Assembly: GCA_037440005.1 (NCBI GenBank)
Contig: JBBIUY010000041.1
Span: 1 to 24,548, forward strand
Source: Armatimonadota bacterium
GTDB taxonomy: Bacteria; Sysuimicrobiota; Sysuimicrobiia; Sysuimicrobiales; Kaftiobacteriaceae
Direction of reading: 5' to 3'
DNA: 24,548 nucleotides
In this document: piece by piece, positions 8,875 to 16,710 of the stretch
How positions within the stretch are numbered: position 1 is the first letter of the stretch
Layout: each line of letters starts with the position of its first letter
Program-made: the position numbers and the translations under genes
The notes under the pieces: model-generated
What the model was told of the DNA's origin: nothing
The model's database searches: none
Seen by the model: the letters and a program-made list of their open reading frames with translations, nothing else

Positions 8875-9689
8875 TACCTGCCCTCCGCAGTGAACGTCTG
8901 CTCCCACACCCTCCGGCCCGGCGGAGGCTGGACGGGCCGGCCGTTCAGCAGGACCGTGACGGCGGGGGCGTTGCCGACCCGCACCGTCAGGCTGCGCTCG
9001 GCCGTCCAGGTGCGGCGGTCTCCCTGCCGCAGAAAACCCGCAAAGACTTCCCGGCCGTCGGCGACCACCCGCAGCCACGACAGCCCTGCAGCCTGCACCG
9101 CCACCTCCACCCCGCGCGGCGCCGGGACCGGGGCCGGCGGGGGCTGCGGGGCGGGGGCGGGAGCCGGAGGCGGGACGGCGGGCTCGGGCTGTACCGCCTC
9201 GGAGGGCAGCGGGGCCTGCAGCTGCCGGAGCTGCTGGTAGCCGATGTAGCCCAGCACGCCCGCGACGCCCAGGAGGACCAGCAGGACCGTCGCCACGGCC
9301 CGCCGCAGCCGCGACGGGCGCGTGGCCGGGCGGATGGGGACGTCGGCCTGCACCGGTCCGATCAAAGGAGGCGCCGGCCCGCTGAACAGCTGCGGGTACG
9401 CCGCCAGCAGTTCGTCGGGATCCAGCCCCAGCGCGCGCGCGTAGGTGCGCAGATAGCCGCGGGCGTACACCCCTCCGGGCAGGCGGTCGAACCGTTCCTC
9501 TTCCAGGGCCTGCAGGTAGGCGGCCCGGATGCGGGTCTGAGTGGCGGCGGCGGTCAGGGACAGGCCCCTGGCCTCGCGCGCGTTGCGCAGGCGCTCGCCA
9601 AGACCCACGGGCTCGCGGGGGGACGGCGCGGGCTCGGGCACGGTGTCCCACTTCCACCGTGTCCGCAGCCTCTCCTCCGCCCCGGACAC
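8874..9689 (-). CDS. rodZ: RodZ-like cytoskeleton protein (XRE-type HTH + TM helix + C-terminal DUF4115-like domain); start may be the GTG at 9641
   Basis: LGERLRNAREARGLSL...TRIRAAYLQALEEERFDRLPGGVYARGYLRTYARALGLD, one TM helix, a Pro-rich linker, then SWLRVVADG...VGNA..V.V.LNG. Confidence 0.88.
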   Translation of the reverse strand: MSGAEERLRTRWKWDTVPEPAPSPREPVGLGERLRNAREARGLSLTAAATQTRIRAAYLQALEEERFDRLPGGVYARGYLRTYARALGLDPDELLAAYPQLFSGPAPPLIGPVQADVPIRPATRPSRLRRAVATVLLVLLGVAGVLGYIGYQQLRQLQAPLPSEAVQPEPAVPPPAPAPAPQPPPAPVPAPRGVEVAVQAAGLSWLRVVADGREVFAGFLRQGDRRTWTAERSLTVRVGNAPAVTVLLNGRPVQPPPGRRVWEQTFTAEGR

Positions 9690-9699
9690 CCGGCCAACG

Positions 9700-10614
9700 T
9701 CAGCCGGCCAGCGCCGCGGCGACGGCGGCGGCCAGAGACGCGTTGGCCTCCAGCAGCGCCAGGTTCGCCCGCAGGGACCGCCCGCCCGTCAGCTCCGCCA
9801 GCGCCTGCAGCAGGTAGGGGGTGAGGTCGGCGGACCGCACCCCTGCGGACGCGGCGCGGTCGGCGGCCAGGGCCACGGCGCGCTCCACCTCCTGGGCGTC
9901 CAGCGCGGCCTCGGAGGGCACCGGGTGGGCCACCACGAGGGCGCTGCGCTGGCCCAGGGCGCGCTTGGCCCGCCAGATGGAGGCGGCCTGCTGGGGGGAG
10001 TCGATCCGCCGGGGAGCCGGCAGACCGCTGTCGGTGGCGTAGAAGTAGGGAAACCGGTCGGTCCGGTAGCTGACCACCGTGACGCCGGCCGTGTCCAGGT
10101 ACTCCAGGGTGCGCGCGACGTCGCAGATGGCCTTGGCGCCCGAGCAGACCACCACCACCGGGTGTGCGGCGAGGGCCGCCAGGTCCGCGGAGACGTCCCC
10201 GGTGCGCTCGGCGCCCAGGTGCACCCCGCCGATCCCGCCGGTGCTGACCACTGGGATGCCCACCTGATCGGCCACGGCCACCGTGGCCGACACCGTGGTG
10301 CCCCCGCAGGCTCCCAGCGCCACGGCCACCGGCAGGTCCCGGCCCGCCACCTTCATCACCCCGGGCCGGACCAGCCGCGCCAGCTCCTCCTCGGAGGCCC
10401 CCACGCGGATCCGGCCGTCCAGCACGGCCACCACGGCCGGAGTGGCCCCGCCGGCGCGCACCGCCTGCTGCATCTGCCGGACCGCCTGCAGCGCCAGCCC
10501 GGCCGGCAGGCCGTGGGAAACCACCGCGGACTCCAGGGCCACCACCGGCCGCCCCGCGGCCAGGGCCCGGTCCACGTCGGCGGAGACGTCACACAGAGGC
10601 GGCCAGTCCGGCAT
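9700..10614 (-). CDS. psuG: Pseudouridine-5'-phosphate glycosidase (IndA/PsuG family), 304 aa
   Basis: PVVALES..SHGLP, GTTVSAT, TGGIGGVH, DVSADL, GAK (Schiff-base Lys), TLEYLDT, TPYLL and SLRANLALL. Confidence 0.93.
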   Translation of the reverse strand: MPDWPPLCDVSADVDRALAAGRPVVALESAVVSHGLPAGLALQAVRQMQQAVRAGGATPAVVAVLDGRIRVGASEEELARLVRPGVMKVAGRDLPVAVALGACGGTTVSATVAVADQVGIPVVSTGGIGGVHLGAERTGDVSADLAALAAHPVVVVCSGAKAICDVARTLEYLDTAGVTVVSYRTDRFPYFYATDSGLPAPRRIDSPQQAASIWRAKRALGQRSALVVAHPVPSEAALDAQEVERAVALAADRAASAGVRSADLTPYLLQALAELTGGRSLRANLALLEANASLAAAVAAALAG

Positions 10615-11557
10615 AGGACCGCAGCGCGGCCAGGCTGAGCTCGGGGTGGGTGCTCCCTTCCGCGGTCACCGTCATCGCGCCCGCGGCGGCGGCCAGAGCG
10701 GCGGCCTCCTCCTCGGGGAGGCCGGCCAGCGCCGCGTAGATCAGCACGGCCGCCACCGCGTCACCCGCTCCGGAGGGGTCGACGGCTGCCACCTGTGGAG
10801 CTGCCGCCCGCCGCACCGCCTGTCCGGCCCAGACCAGCCCGGCCTCGCCCAGGGTCACCACCACGGTGCGGGGCCCCCGGGCCTGCAGCGCCGCCGCCGC
10901 CCGGAGGGCGTCGTCGGGACTGGCGATGTCGGCCTGGGCGAGCACGGCGGCCTCCCGGCCGCTGCAGACCAGCGCGTCGGCCGCCGCGAGGTGCCCCCGC
11001 AGGCGGTCGGCCTTGGCCGCCGATGTCGCCAGCAGGCACAGCCCTCCCCGGCGCGGCAGGGAGACCACAGCCGCCAGCGTGGGCGGGGCCAGGTTGGCGT
11101 CGGCGACGACCCAGCGGGCGGCGCGCACCGCGCCGGCGTGGGCGCGGACGTGGTCAGGTCCCAGCGCCTCGGCGGCGGTCATTTGGGAGACGGCGTACAG
11201 CACCCGCCCGCCCGAGACCACCGCCACGTAGGCGTTGGGCCGCCCATCCGTCGCCACCACCCCGGACACGTCCACCCCGGCCCGGGCGGTGGCCGCCACC
11301 ACCTGGTCAGACAGCGGGTCCGAGCCCACTCCCGCCACCAGGCGGACGGGCACCCCCAGGCGCGCCAGGTTCTCGGCCACGTTGCGGCCGGCGCCCCCGG
11401 GTCCCAGGCGCACGCGTCCGGGGGTGCTGGCCCCCGGCGGCAGCGGGTCGGCACCGGCGACGACGTCGGCGTTGCAGCCGCCGATCACCACCACCGCCGG
11501 CGTCCGACCCGTCCCGCGCCGCTGTGTCGCCTGGTCCGCACCGCTCCGGCTCCGCAT
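10589..11557 (-). CDS. psuK: PfkB-family carbohydrate kinase, probable pseudouridine kinase (start uncertain)
   Basis: VVVIGG.N.D, GGAGRNVAENLARLG, VVVTLGEAG and DPSGAGDA (PfkB signature); overlaps psuG by 26 nt. Confidence 0.8.
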   Translation of the reverse strand: MRSRSGADQATQRRGTGRTPAVVVIGGCNADVVAGADPLPPGASTPGRVRLGPGGAGRNVAENLARLGVPVRLVAGVGSDPLSDQVVAATARAGVDVSGVVATDGRPNAYVAVVSGGRVLYAVSQMTAAEALGPDHVRAHAGAVRAARWVVADANLAPPTLAAVVSLPRRGGLCLLATSAAKADRLRGHLAAADALVCSGREAAVLAQADIASPDDALRAAAALQARGPRTVVVTLGEAGLVWAGQAVRRAAAPQVAAVDPSGAGDAVAAVLIYAALAGLPEEEAAALAAAAGAMTVTAEGSTHPELSLAALRSYAGLAASV

Positions 11558-11694
11558 CTACGGGGAAGATTCGGCAGAGCCGTCCCGGATTCCCCGTCCG
11601 CTGCCGGCGCAGGTATTGGACGGGGCCGCGCCGTAGTGGCTAGGTGGTGCAGCCCCGCTGCCCAATCCGGACTGCCCACGGGAGGGAAGACGCG

Positions 11695-13029
11695 ATGAGG
11701 TCACGTCGGTGGCTCCTGCTCCTCCTGATCGCGGGCGCGTCGCTGGTGGCCCAGGCCCTGCCGCCCCTGCCGGCCCGGGCGGCGCCCCGGACGTTCAAGA
11801 TCGCCGTGGTGTCCGACGTGGGAGGTCGCGGCGACCTCTCCTTCAACGACATGGCCTTCAAGGGAGGCGAGGACGCCGAGCGGGACTTCGGCGTCCAGAT
11901 GGTGGAGCTGGTGAGCAAGGTGGAGGCCGACTACGTCCCCAACCTGACCACCGCCGCCCGGGATCCCCAGGTCCAGCTCATCGTGGGCGTGGGCTTCCTG
12001 CTCAGCGACGCCCTGGCCCAGGTGGCCCGGCGCTTCCCCCAGAAGAACTTCGTCGGCATCGACACCTTCGCCCAGTCCATCGTCAAGGAGAAGTTCCCCG
12101 CCCAGTACCCGCTGCCCAACCTGATGGACATCGTCTACGAGGAGCACAAGGGCAGCGCCCTGGTGGGCGCCCTGGGCGCGCTGCTGGCGGCCCAGTACAA
12201 CAAGCCCCACATCGGCGGGGTGTTCGGCATCGAGATCCCCGTGCTGTGGAAGTTTGAGATCGGGTACAAGTGGGGCGCCCGGTGGGCCACCCTGTGGATG
12301 CAGAAGAACAAGCCCGACCGGGTCTTCAAGTACCACAAGGACTTCGTGCTGTGGACCTACACCGGGACGTTCAGCGACATCCCCAAGGGCTACGCCGCCG
12401 CCAAGGCCATGTACGCCAAGGACGCGGTGGCGGTGTACAACATCGCCGGCCCCCTGGGGCTGGGCATCAACCAGGCGGTGCAGGAGATCGCCAAAGCCCA
12501 GGGCCTGCGCATGGGGCCGCCGTTCTGGATCGGCGTGGACGCCAACCAGGACTGGATCAACCCGGGTTTTGTCATCGCCAGCATGATGAAGCGGGTGGAC
12601 CGGGGCGTGTACTTCGCCACCAAGTTCGTCCGGGACGGGCGGTTCCGGGACCTGGTCAGGCAGACCAACGGCGTGCTGACCCTGGGCATCGGCACCAAGG
12701 TGGCCGGGGAGTTGACCGAGGGCATCTCGGTGAGCACGCTGGCCGACCTGGACGAGTTCGTGCAGATGGGCGTGCGGGCCGAGAAGCTGACCGGCAAGAA
12801 GGTCCTGCCGGCGCCTCCGGACCAGATCCGGGCCCGGGTGAAGGCCATGCGGGACGCCCAGCCGGCCTGGATCTGGGACGCGGTGGCCGAACTGGAGCGC
12901 AAGATCCGCAACGGCGAGGTGACGGTGCCGCTGGCGGTCACCAAGCCCGACATCGAGAAGTGGCGCAACGAGCTGGGCGCCGTCCCGGCGGTCCGGCCGG
13001 CGGCGGGCTCTCCGGCGGGGACGTTCTGA
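11695..13029 (+). CDS. BMP/PnrA-family ABC transporter substrate-binding protein (nucleoside-type), 444 aa
   Basis: DVGGRGDLSFND, LIVGVGF, GVDANQD and SMMKRVD motifs; ATG at 11695 after GGGAGG; N-terminal signal peptide with an A-R-A cleavage site. Confidence 0.92.
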   Translation: MRSRRWLLLLLIAGASLVAQALPPLPARAAPRTFKIAVVSDVGGRGDLSFNDMAFKGGEDAERDFGVQMVELVSKVEADYVPNLTTAARDPQVQLIVGVGFLLSDALAQVARRFPQKNFVGIDTFAQSIVKEKFPAQYPLPNLMDIVYEEHKGSALVGALGALLAAQYNKPHIGGVFGIEIPVLWKFEIGYKWGARWATLWMQKNKPDRVFKYHKDFVLWTYTGTFSDIPKGYAAAKAMYAKDAVAVYNIAGPLGLGINQAVQEIAKAQGLRMGPPFWIGVDANQDWINPGFVIASMMKRVDRGVYFATKFVRDGRFRDLVRQTNGVLTLGIGTKVAGELTEGISVSTLADLDEFVQMGVRAEKLTGKKVLPAPPDQIRARVKAMRDAQPAWIWDAVAELERKIRNGEVTVPLAVTKPDIEKWRNELGAVPAVRPAAGSPAGTF

Positions 13030-13053
13030 CGGCACGACGGGTCCGATGGCGGA

Positions 13054-13096
13054 CGGGGCAGGCCGGACGGACCGACAGCCGGCCCGGCCTGCCCCG
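13054..13096 (+). other. Intercistronic stem-loop after the binding-protein gene
   Basis: Perfect 13-bp inverted repeat CGGGGCAGGCCGG (13054-13066) / CCGGCCTGCCCCG (13084-13096); no U-tract follows. Confidence 0.65.
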
Positions 13097-13131
13097 CCGT
13101 ATCCGGGAGGCCATCCCGCGGAGGAGGCGTG

Positions 13132-14697
13132 ATGGACCAGGCCCCGCGCATCGAGATGCGGGCCATCCACAAAGTCTACCCCGACGGGACGGTGGCCCTG
13201 CGGGGGGTGGACTTCCTCCTGCAGCCGGCCGAGATCGTCGCCCTGCTGGGGGAAAACGGCGCCGGCAAGACCACCCTGATGAAGATCCTCTCGGGGCTGC
13301 TGCGCCCCACCCGCGGCGAGATCCTGGTGGACGGCCGGCCCGCGCAGTTCGCCCACCCGGCCGACGCTCTGCGGGAGGGGATCGGCATGGTCCACCAGGC
13401 CTTCACCCTGGTCCCCCCCTTCACCGCCCTGCAGAACATCATCCTGGGCCGGGAGGGTTCGGGCCCGCTGGCGCCGCTGCGCGCCGACTCCGCCCGGGCC
13501 CGGGTGACCGCCCTGATGGAGCAGACGGGACTGACCGTCCCCCTGGACGTGCCGGTGGAGTCCCTGCCGGTGGGCGTCCAGCAGCGGGTGGAGATCCTCA
13601 AGGCCCTGTACCGGGGCACCCGGGTCTTGATCCTGGACGAGCCCACCTCCGCCCTCGCCCCGGCCGAGGTTTCTGACCTGTTCGGCTTCCTGCGCGGCCT
13701 GCGCCGCAGCGGGCGGTCCATCGTGTTCATCTCCCACAAACTGCGGGAGGCCCTGGAGATCTCCGACCGTGTGGTGGTGTTGCGCCAGGGGCGGGTGGCC
13801 GGCGAGGTCCCCACCCCCCGAGCCACCCCCGAGCAACTGGCCGAGCTGATGGTGGGCCGCGCGGTGGTGCCGCGGGTGAGCCGCAGCCCCCGTCCGCCGG
13901 GGGAGCCGGTCCTGGTGGTGCGGGGGCTGGTGGTCTACAACGACCAGGGGGCGCCGGCGGTGCGGGAGCTGTCCTTCGAGGTGCGGGCCGGGGAGATCTT
14001 CGGCATCGCGGGGGTGGAGGGCAACGGGCAGAGCGAGCTGGTGCAGGCGCTGACGGGACTGCGGCGTCCCCAGGCCGGGGACATCCTGCTGGGGGGCGAC
14101 CCCGCGCCGCCCCTGCAGCCCCTGGCCCTGTACCGGCGGGGCCTGGGCCACGTGCCCGAGGACAAGGCGCGCTTCGGGCTGGCGATGACCTTCGACCTGG
14201 CGGAAAACGCCCTCCTCAGCCGCCAGCGGGAGACCGCCTTCGTCGGCCCCGGCGGCCGGCTGCGCGGCCGCGCCATCCTGGCCTACGTGCGGGACCTGGT
14301 GGAGCGGTTTGCGGTGGTGGCGCCGTCGCTGCGGGCGCCGGTGCGCAGCCTCAGCGGGGGCAACCAGCAGCGGCTGCTGGTGGGCCGCGAACTTAACAAG
14401 CAGCCGCGGATCATCGTGGCCATGCACCCCACCCGGGGGCTGGACATCGCCAGCACGCTGTCCATCCGGGAGCTGCTGGTGCGGATGCGGGACGAAGGTA
14501 AAGGCGTCCTGCTGGTCTCCGCCGACCTGGACGAGGTCCTGGAGCTGGCCGACCGGATCGCGGTCATGTACGAGGGGCGCTTTCTGGGCGTGGGCCCGGT
14601 GGAGGCGTTCACCCGCGAGGAGATCGGCCTGATGATGGGGGGCATCGCTCCCCGCCGACGCGATGCGCTGGCCACGCCTGCCTCGCCCCCTGACTGA
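13132..14697 (+). CDS. CUT2-family ABC transporter ATP-binding protein with two NBDs (NupA/YufO-like), ~521 aa
   Basis: GENGAGKTT, QRVEILKAL, LILDEPT, FISHKL; degenerate second Walker A GVEGNGQSEL; LSGGNQQR and PTRGLD. GGAGGAGG RBS favours the ATG at 13132. Confidence 0.95.
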   Translation: MDQAPRIEMRAIHKVYPDGTVALRGVDFLLQPAEIVALLGENGAGKTTLMKILSGLLRPTRGEILVDGRPAQFAHPADALREGIGMVHQAFTLVPPFTALQNIILGREGSGPLAPLRADSARARVTALMEQTGLTVPLDVPVESLPVGVQQRVEILKALYRGTRVLILDEPTSALAPAEVSDLFGFLRGLRRSGRSIVFISHKLREALEISDRVVVLRQGRVAGEVPTPRATPEQLAELMVGRAVVPRVSRSPRPPGEPVLVVRGLVVYNDQGAPAVRELSFEVRAGEIFGIAGVEGNGQSELVQALTGLRRPQAGDILLGGDPAPPLQPLALYRRGLGHVPEDKARFGLAMTFDLAENALLSRQRETAFVGPGGRLRGRAILAYVRDLVERFAVVAPSLRAPVRSLSGGNQQRLLVGRELNKQPRIIVAMHPTRGLDIASTLSIRELLVRMRDEGKGVLLVSADLDEVLELADRIAVMYEGRFLGVGPVEAFTREEIGLMMGGIAPRRRDALATPASPPD

Positions 14698-15694
14698 GGC
14701 CGTCGCCACCGTCGCCCTCGGCCTGCTCGCCGGGGCGGTCCTGATGCTGGCGTTCGGCTACCATCCCCTGGTGGCCTACCGGGCGCTGGTCGTGGGGGCG
14801 TTCGGCAGCGTCACGGACGTCTTGGAGACCCTGGCGTTCGCCACCCCGCTGATGCTGACCGCCCTCACGTTTGCGGTGGGGGTGCGGGCGGGCCTGTTCA
14901 ACATCGGCGCCGAGGGCCAGATGTACCTGGGGGCCATCGGCGCCACCTTCGTGGCCGGGATGCTCAGCCTGCCCCCGGGGCTGCACGCGGCCGCCGCCAC
15001 CGCCGCCGGGATGGCCGCGGGCGCCCTGTGGGCGCTGGTGCCGGGCGTCCTGAAGGTCTGGCGGGGGGCCCACGAGGTCATCTCCACGATCATGACCAAC
15101 TGGATCGCCTTCCACCTGTCCACCTACCTGGCCATCAACTTCCTGGGCGAGCCCGGCCGGGCCGAGCGCACCGTGCCGGCCCTGCCGGGGGCCCGCTATC
15201 CGATCCTCAGCGAGGACAGCACCCTCACCGCCGTCATCTTCGTGGCGGTGGCGATGGCGGTGGCGGTGTACCTGTACCTGTGGGGGACACGCCAGGGCTA
15301 CGAGCTGCGCCTGGCCGGCGAGAACCCCGAGGCCGCCCGCTACGCCGGGGTGCACGCCGGGCGGGTCGTGGTCCTCAGCTTTATCATCGGCGGGCTGGCG
15401 GCGGGGCTGGCGGGGGCCAGCCAGATCATCGGACGGCCGCCGGCGTGGTCTCTGTACGCGACGCTGGGCAACGTGGCCACGCTGGGGTTTGACGGCATCG
15501 GGGTGGCCCTGGTGGGCCGCAACCACCCCCTGGGGGCGGTGCTGGCGGCGGTGCTGTTCGGCGCCCTGGCCCACGGGGGACGGCTGATGGAGTACGAGGC
15601 GGGCGTGCTGTCGGAGCTGGTGCGGGCCATCAACGGCCTGATCGTGGTGGCCCTGGCCGCCCCCGAACTGTGGGCCCTGCTGCGGCGGAGGTGA
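14663..15694 (+). CDS. Nucleoside/sugar ABC transporter permease (NupB-like), 343 aa
   Basis: Multiple TM helices; [34 protein letters not shown] and [14 protein letters not shown]. Confidence 0.93.
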   Translation: MRWPRLPRPLTEAVATVALGLLAGAVLMLAFGYHPLVAYRALVVGAFGSVTDVLETLAFATPLMLTALTFAVGVRAGLFNIGAEGQMYLGAIGATFVAGMLSLPPGLHAAAATAAGMAAGALWALVPGVLKVWRGAHEVISTIMTNWIAFHLSTYLAINFLGEPGRAERTVPALPGARYPILSEDSTLTAVIFVAVAMAVAVYLYLWGTRQGYELRLAGENPEAARYAGVHAGRVVVLSFIIGGLAAGLAGASQIIGRPPAWSLYATLGNVATLGFDGIGVALVGRNHPLGAVLAAVLFGALAHGGRLMEYEAGVLSELVRAINGLIVVALAAPELWALLRRR

Positions 15695-16677
15695 CGGCGG
15701 TGACCGCGCGCCGGGCGGGGATGGCGGCGGCGGGGGCCGTCGCGGTGGCGGCGGCGGGCTGGCTGCTGGACCGGGTGGGCCTGCCGCCGGTGTCGCTGCT
15801 GGAGGCGGGGCTGCTGGCGATGACCCCGCTGGCCCTGGCCGCGGTGGGGGAGTGCCTGAACGAGAAGGCGGGCGTGGTCAACATCGGCCTGGAGGCCATC
15901 TTCATGATCAGCGCCACCACCGGCGTGTGGACCGCCGAGGTGTTCAGTAGCGGCCTGATGGGCCTGCTCGGCGGCGGGGTCACCGGGGCGGTGGCGGGGT
16001 GGGCCCTGGGGGCCATCAGCGTCTACGGCCGCGCCGACCAGATCATCGCCGGCATGGGCCTGAACATCTTCGCCCTGGGCTTTGTGCCGTTTCTGCTCAT
16101 CAGCCTGTGGGCGTTTCCGGGCATCCACCTGTTTCCCAACGAGCTGATGGTGCCGCGGATCCTGACGCCGCTGGGTCAGCTCAGCCCGGTCACCGTCGGG
16201 GCCGTGGTGGCGGCGGTCCTGGCCCACCTGCTGCTGCACCGCACGGTGCTGGGCTTCCGCATCACCGCCGTGGGCGAGCGGCCGGAGGCGGTGGACGTGG
16301 CCGGGCTGCGGGTGGACCACCTGCGCCTGCTGACCAGCACCCTGGGCGGGGCGCTGGCCGGCGTGGGCGGAGCGTTTTTGCCCCTGGGGTGGTTTGGGGC
16401 CCTGGTGAAGGAGATCTCCGCCGGGCGGGGCTTTATCGCCCTCGCCTGCGTGGTGTTCGCCGGGCTGGAGCCCCTGCTGGCCCTGGGCGCGGCGCTGCTG
16501 TTCGGGCTGGCGGACGGCTTCGCGTCGGCGGTGGCCGTCACCCCGGGCGTGAAGGAGCGGATCCCCTTCTACTTCGTCAGCATGATCCCCTACGTCACCA
16601 CCCTGGTGGTGGTGGCGGCGGTCATCGGCCGGCGGCGCTTTCCCAGCACCGTGGGCCGCCCCTACGCCCGGGAGTAA
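15691..16677 (+). CDS. Nucleoside/sugar ABC transporter permease (NupC-like); start GTG at 15691 or 15700
   Basis: [30 protein letters not shown] and PYVTTL; GTGA overlap with the upstream permease stop. Confidence 0.92.
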   Translation: MTAVTARRAGMAAAGAVAVAAAGWLLDRVGLPPVSLLEAGLLAMTPLALAAVGECLNEKAGVVNIGLEAIFMISATTGVWTAEVFSSGLMGLLGGGVTGAVAGWALGAISVYGRADQIIAGMGLNIFALGFVPFLLISLWAFPGIHLFPNELMVPRILTPLGQLSPVTVGAVVAAVLAHLLLHRTVLGFRITAVGERPEAVDVAGLRVDHLRLLTSTLGGALAGVGGAFLPLGWFGALVKEISAGRGFIALACVVFAGLEPLLALGAALLFGLADGFASAVAVTPGVKERIPFYFVSMIPYVTTLVVVAAVIGRRRFPSTVGRPYARE

Positions 16678-16680
16678 CGC

Positions 16681-16709
16681 CGGCCGCCGTCCCCACGACG
16701 CCGCGGCCG
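16681..16709. terminator. GC-rich hairpin between the convergent permease and ftsK stops (possible bidirectional terminator)
   Basis: CGGCCGC-CGTC...GACG-cc-GCGGCCG fills the 33-nt gap; no U-tracts. Confidence 0.45.
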
Positions 16710-16710
16710 C

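Noticed and set aside
7024..9657. 877-aa ORF ending in ThpR
   Set aside because: The upstream part is an off-frame shadow of cinA/rodZ; thpR has its own coupled ATG at 7605.
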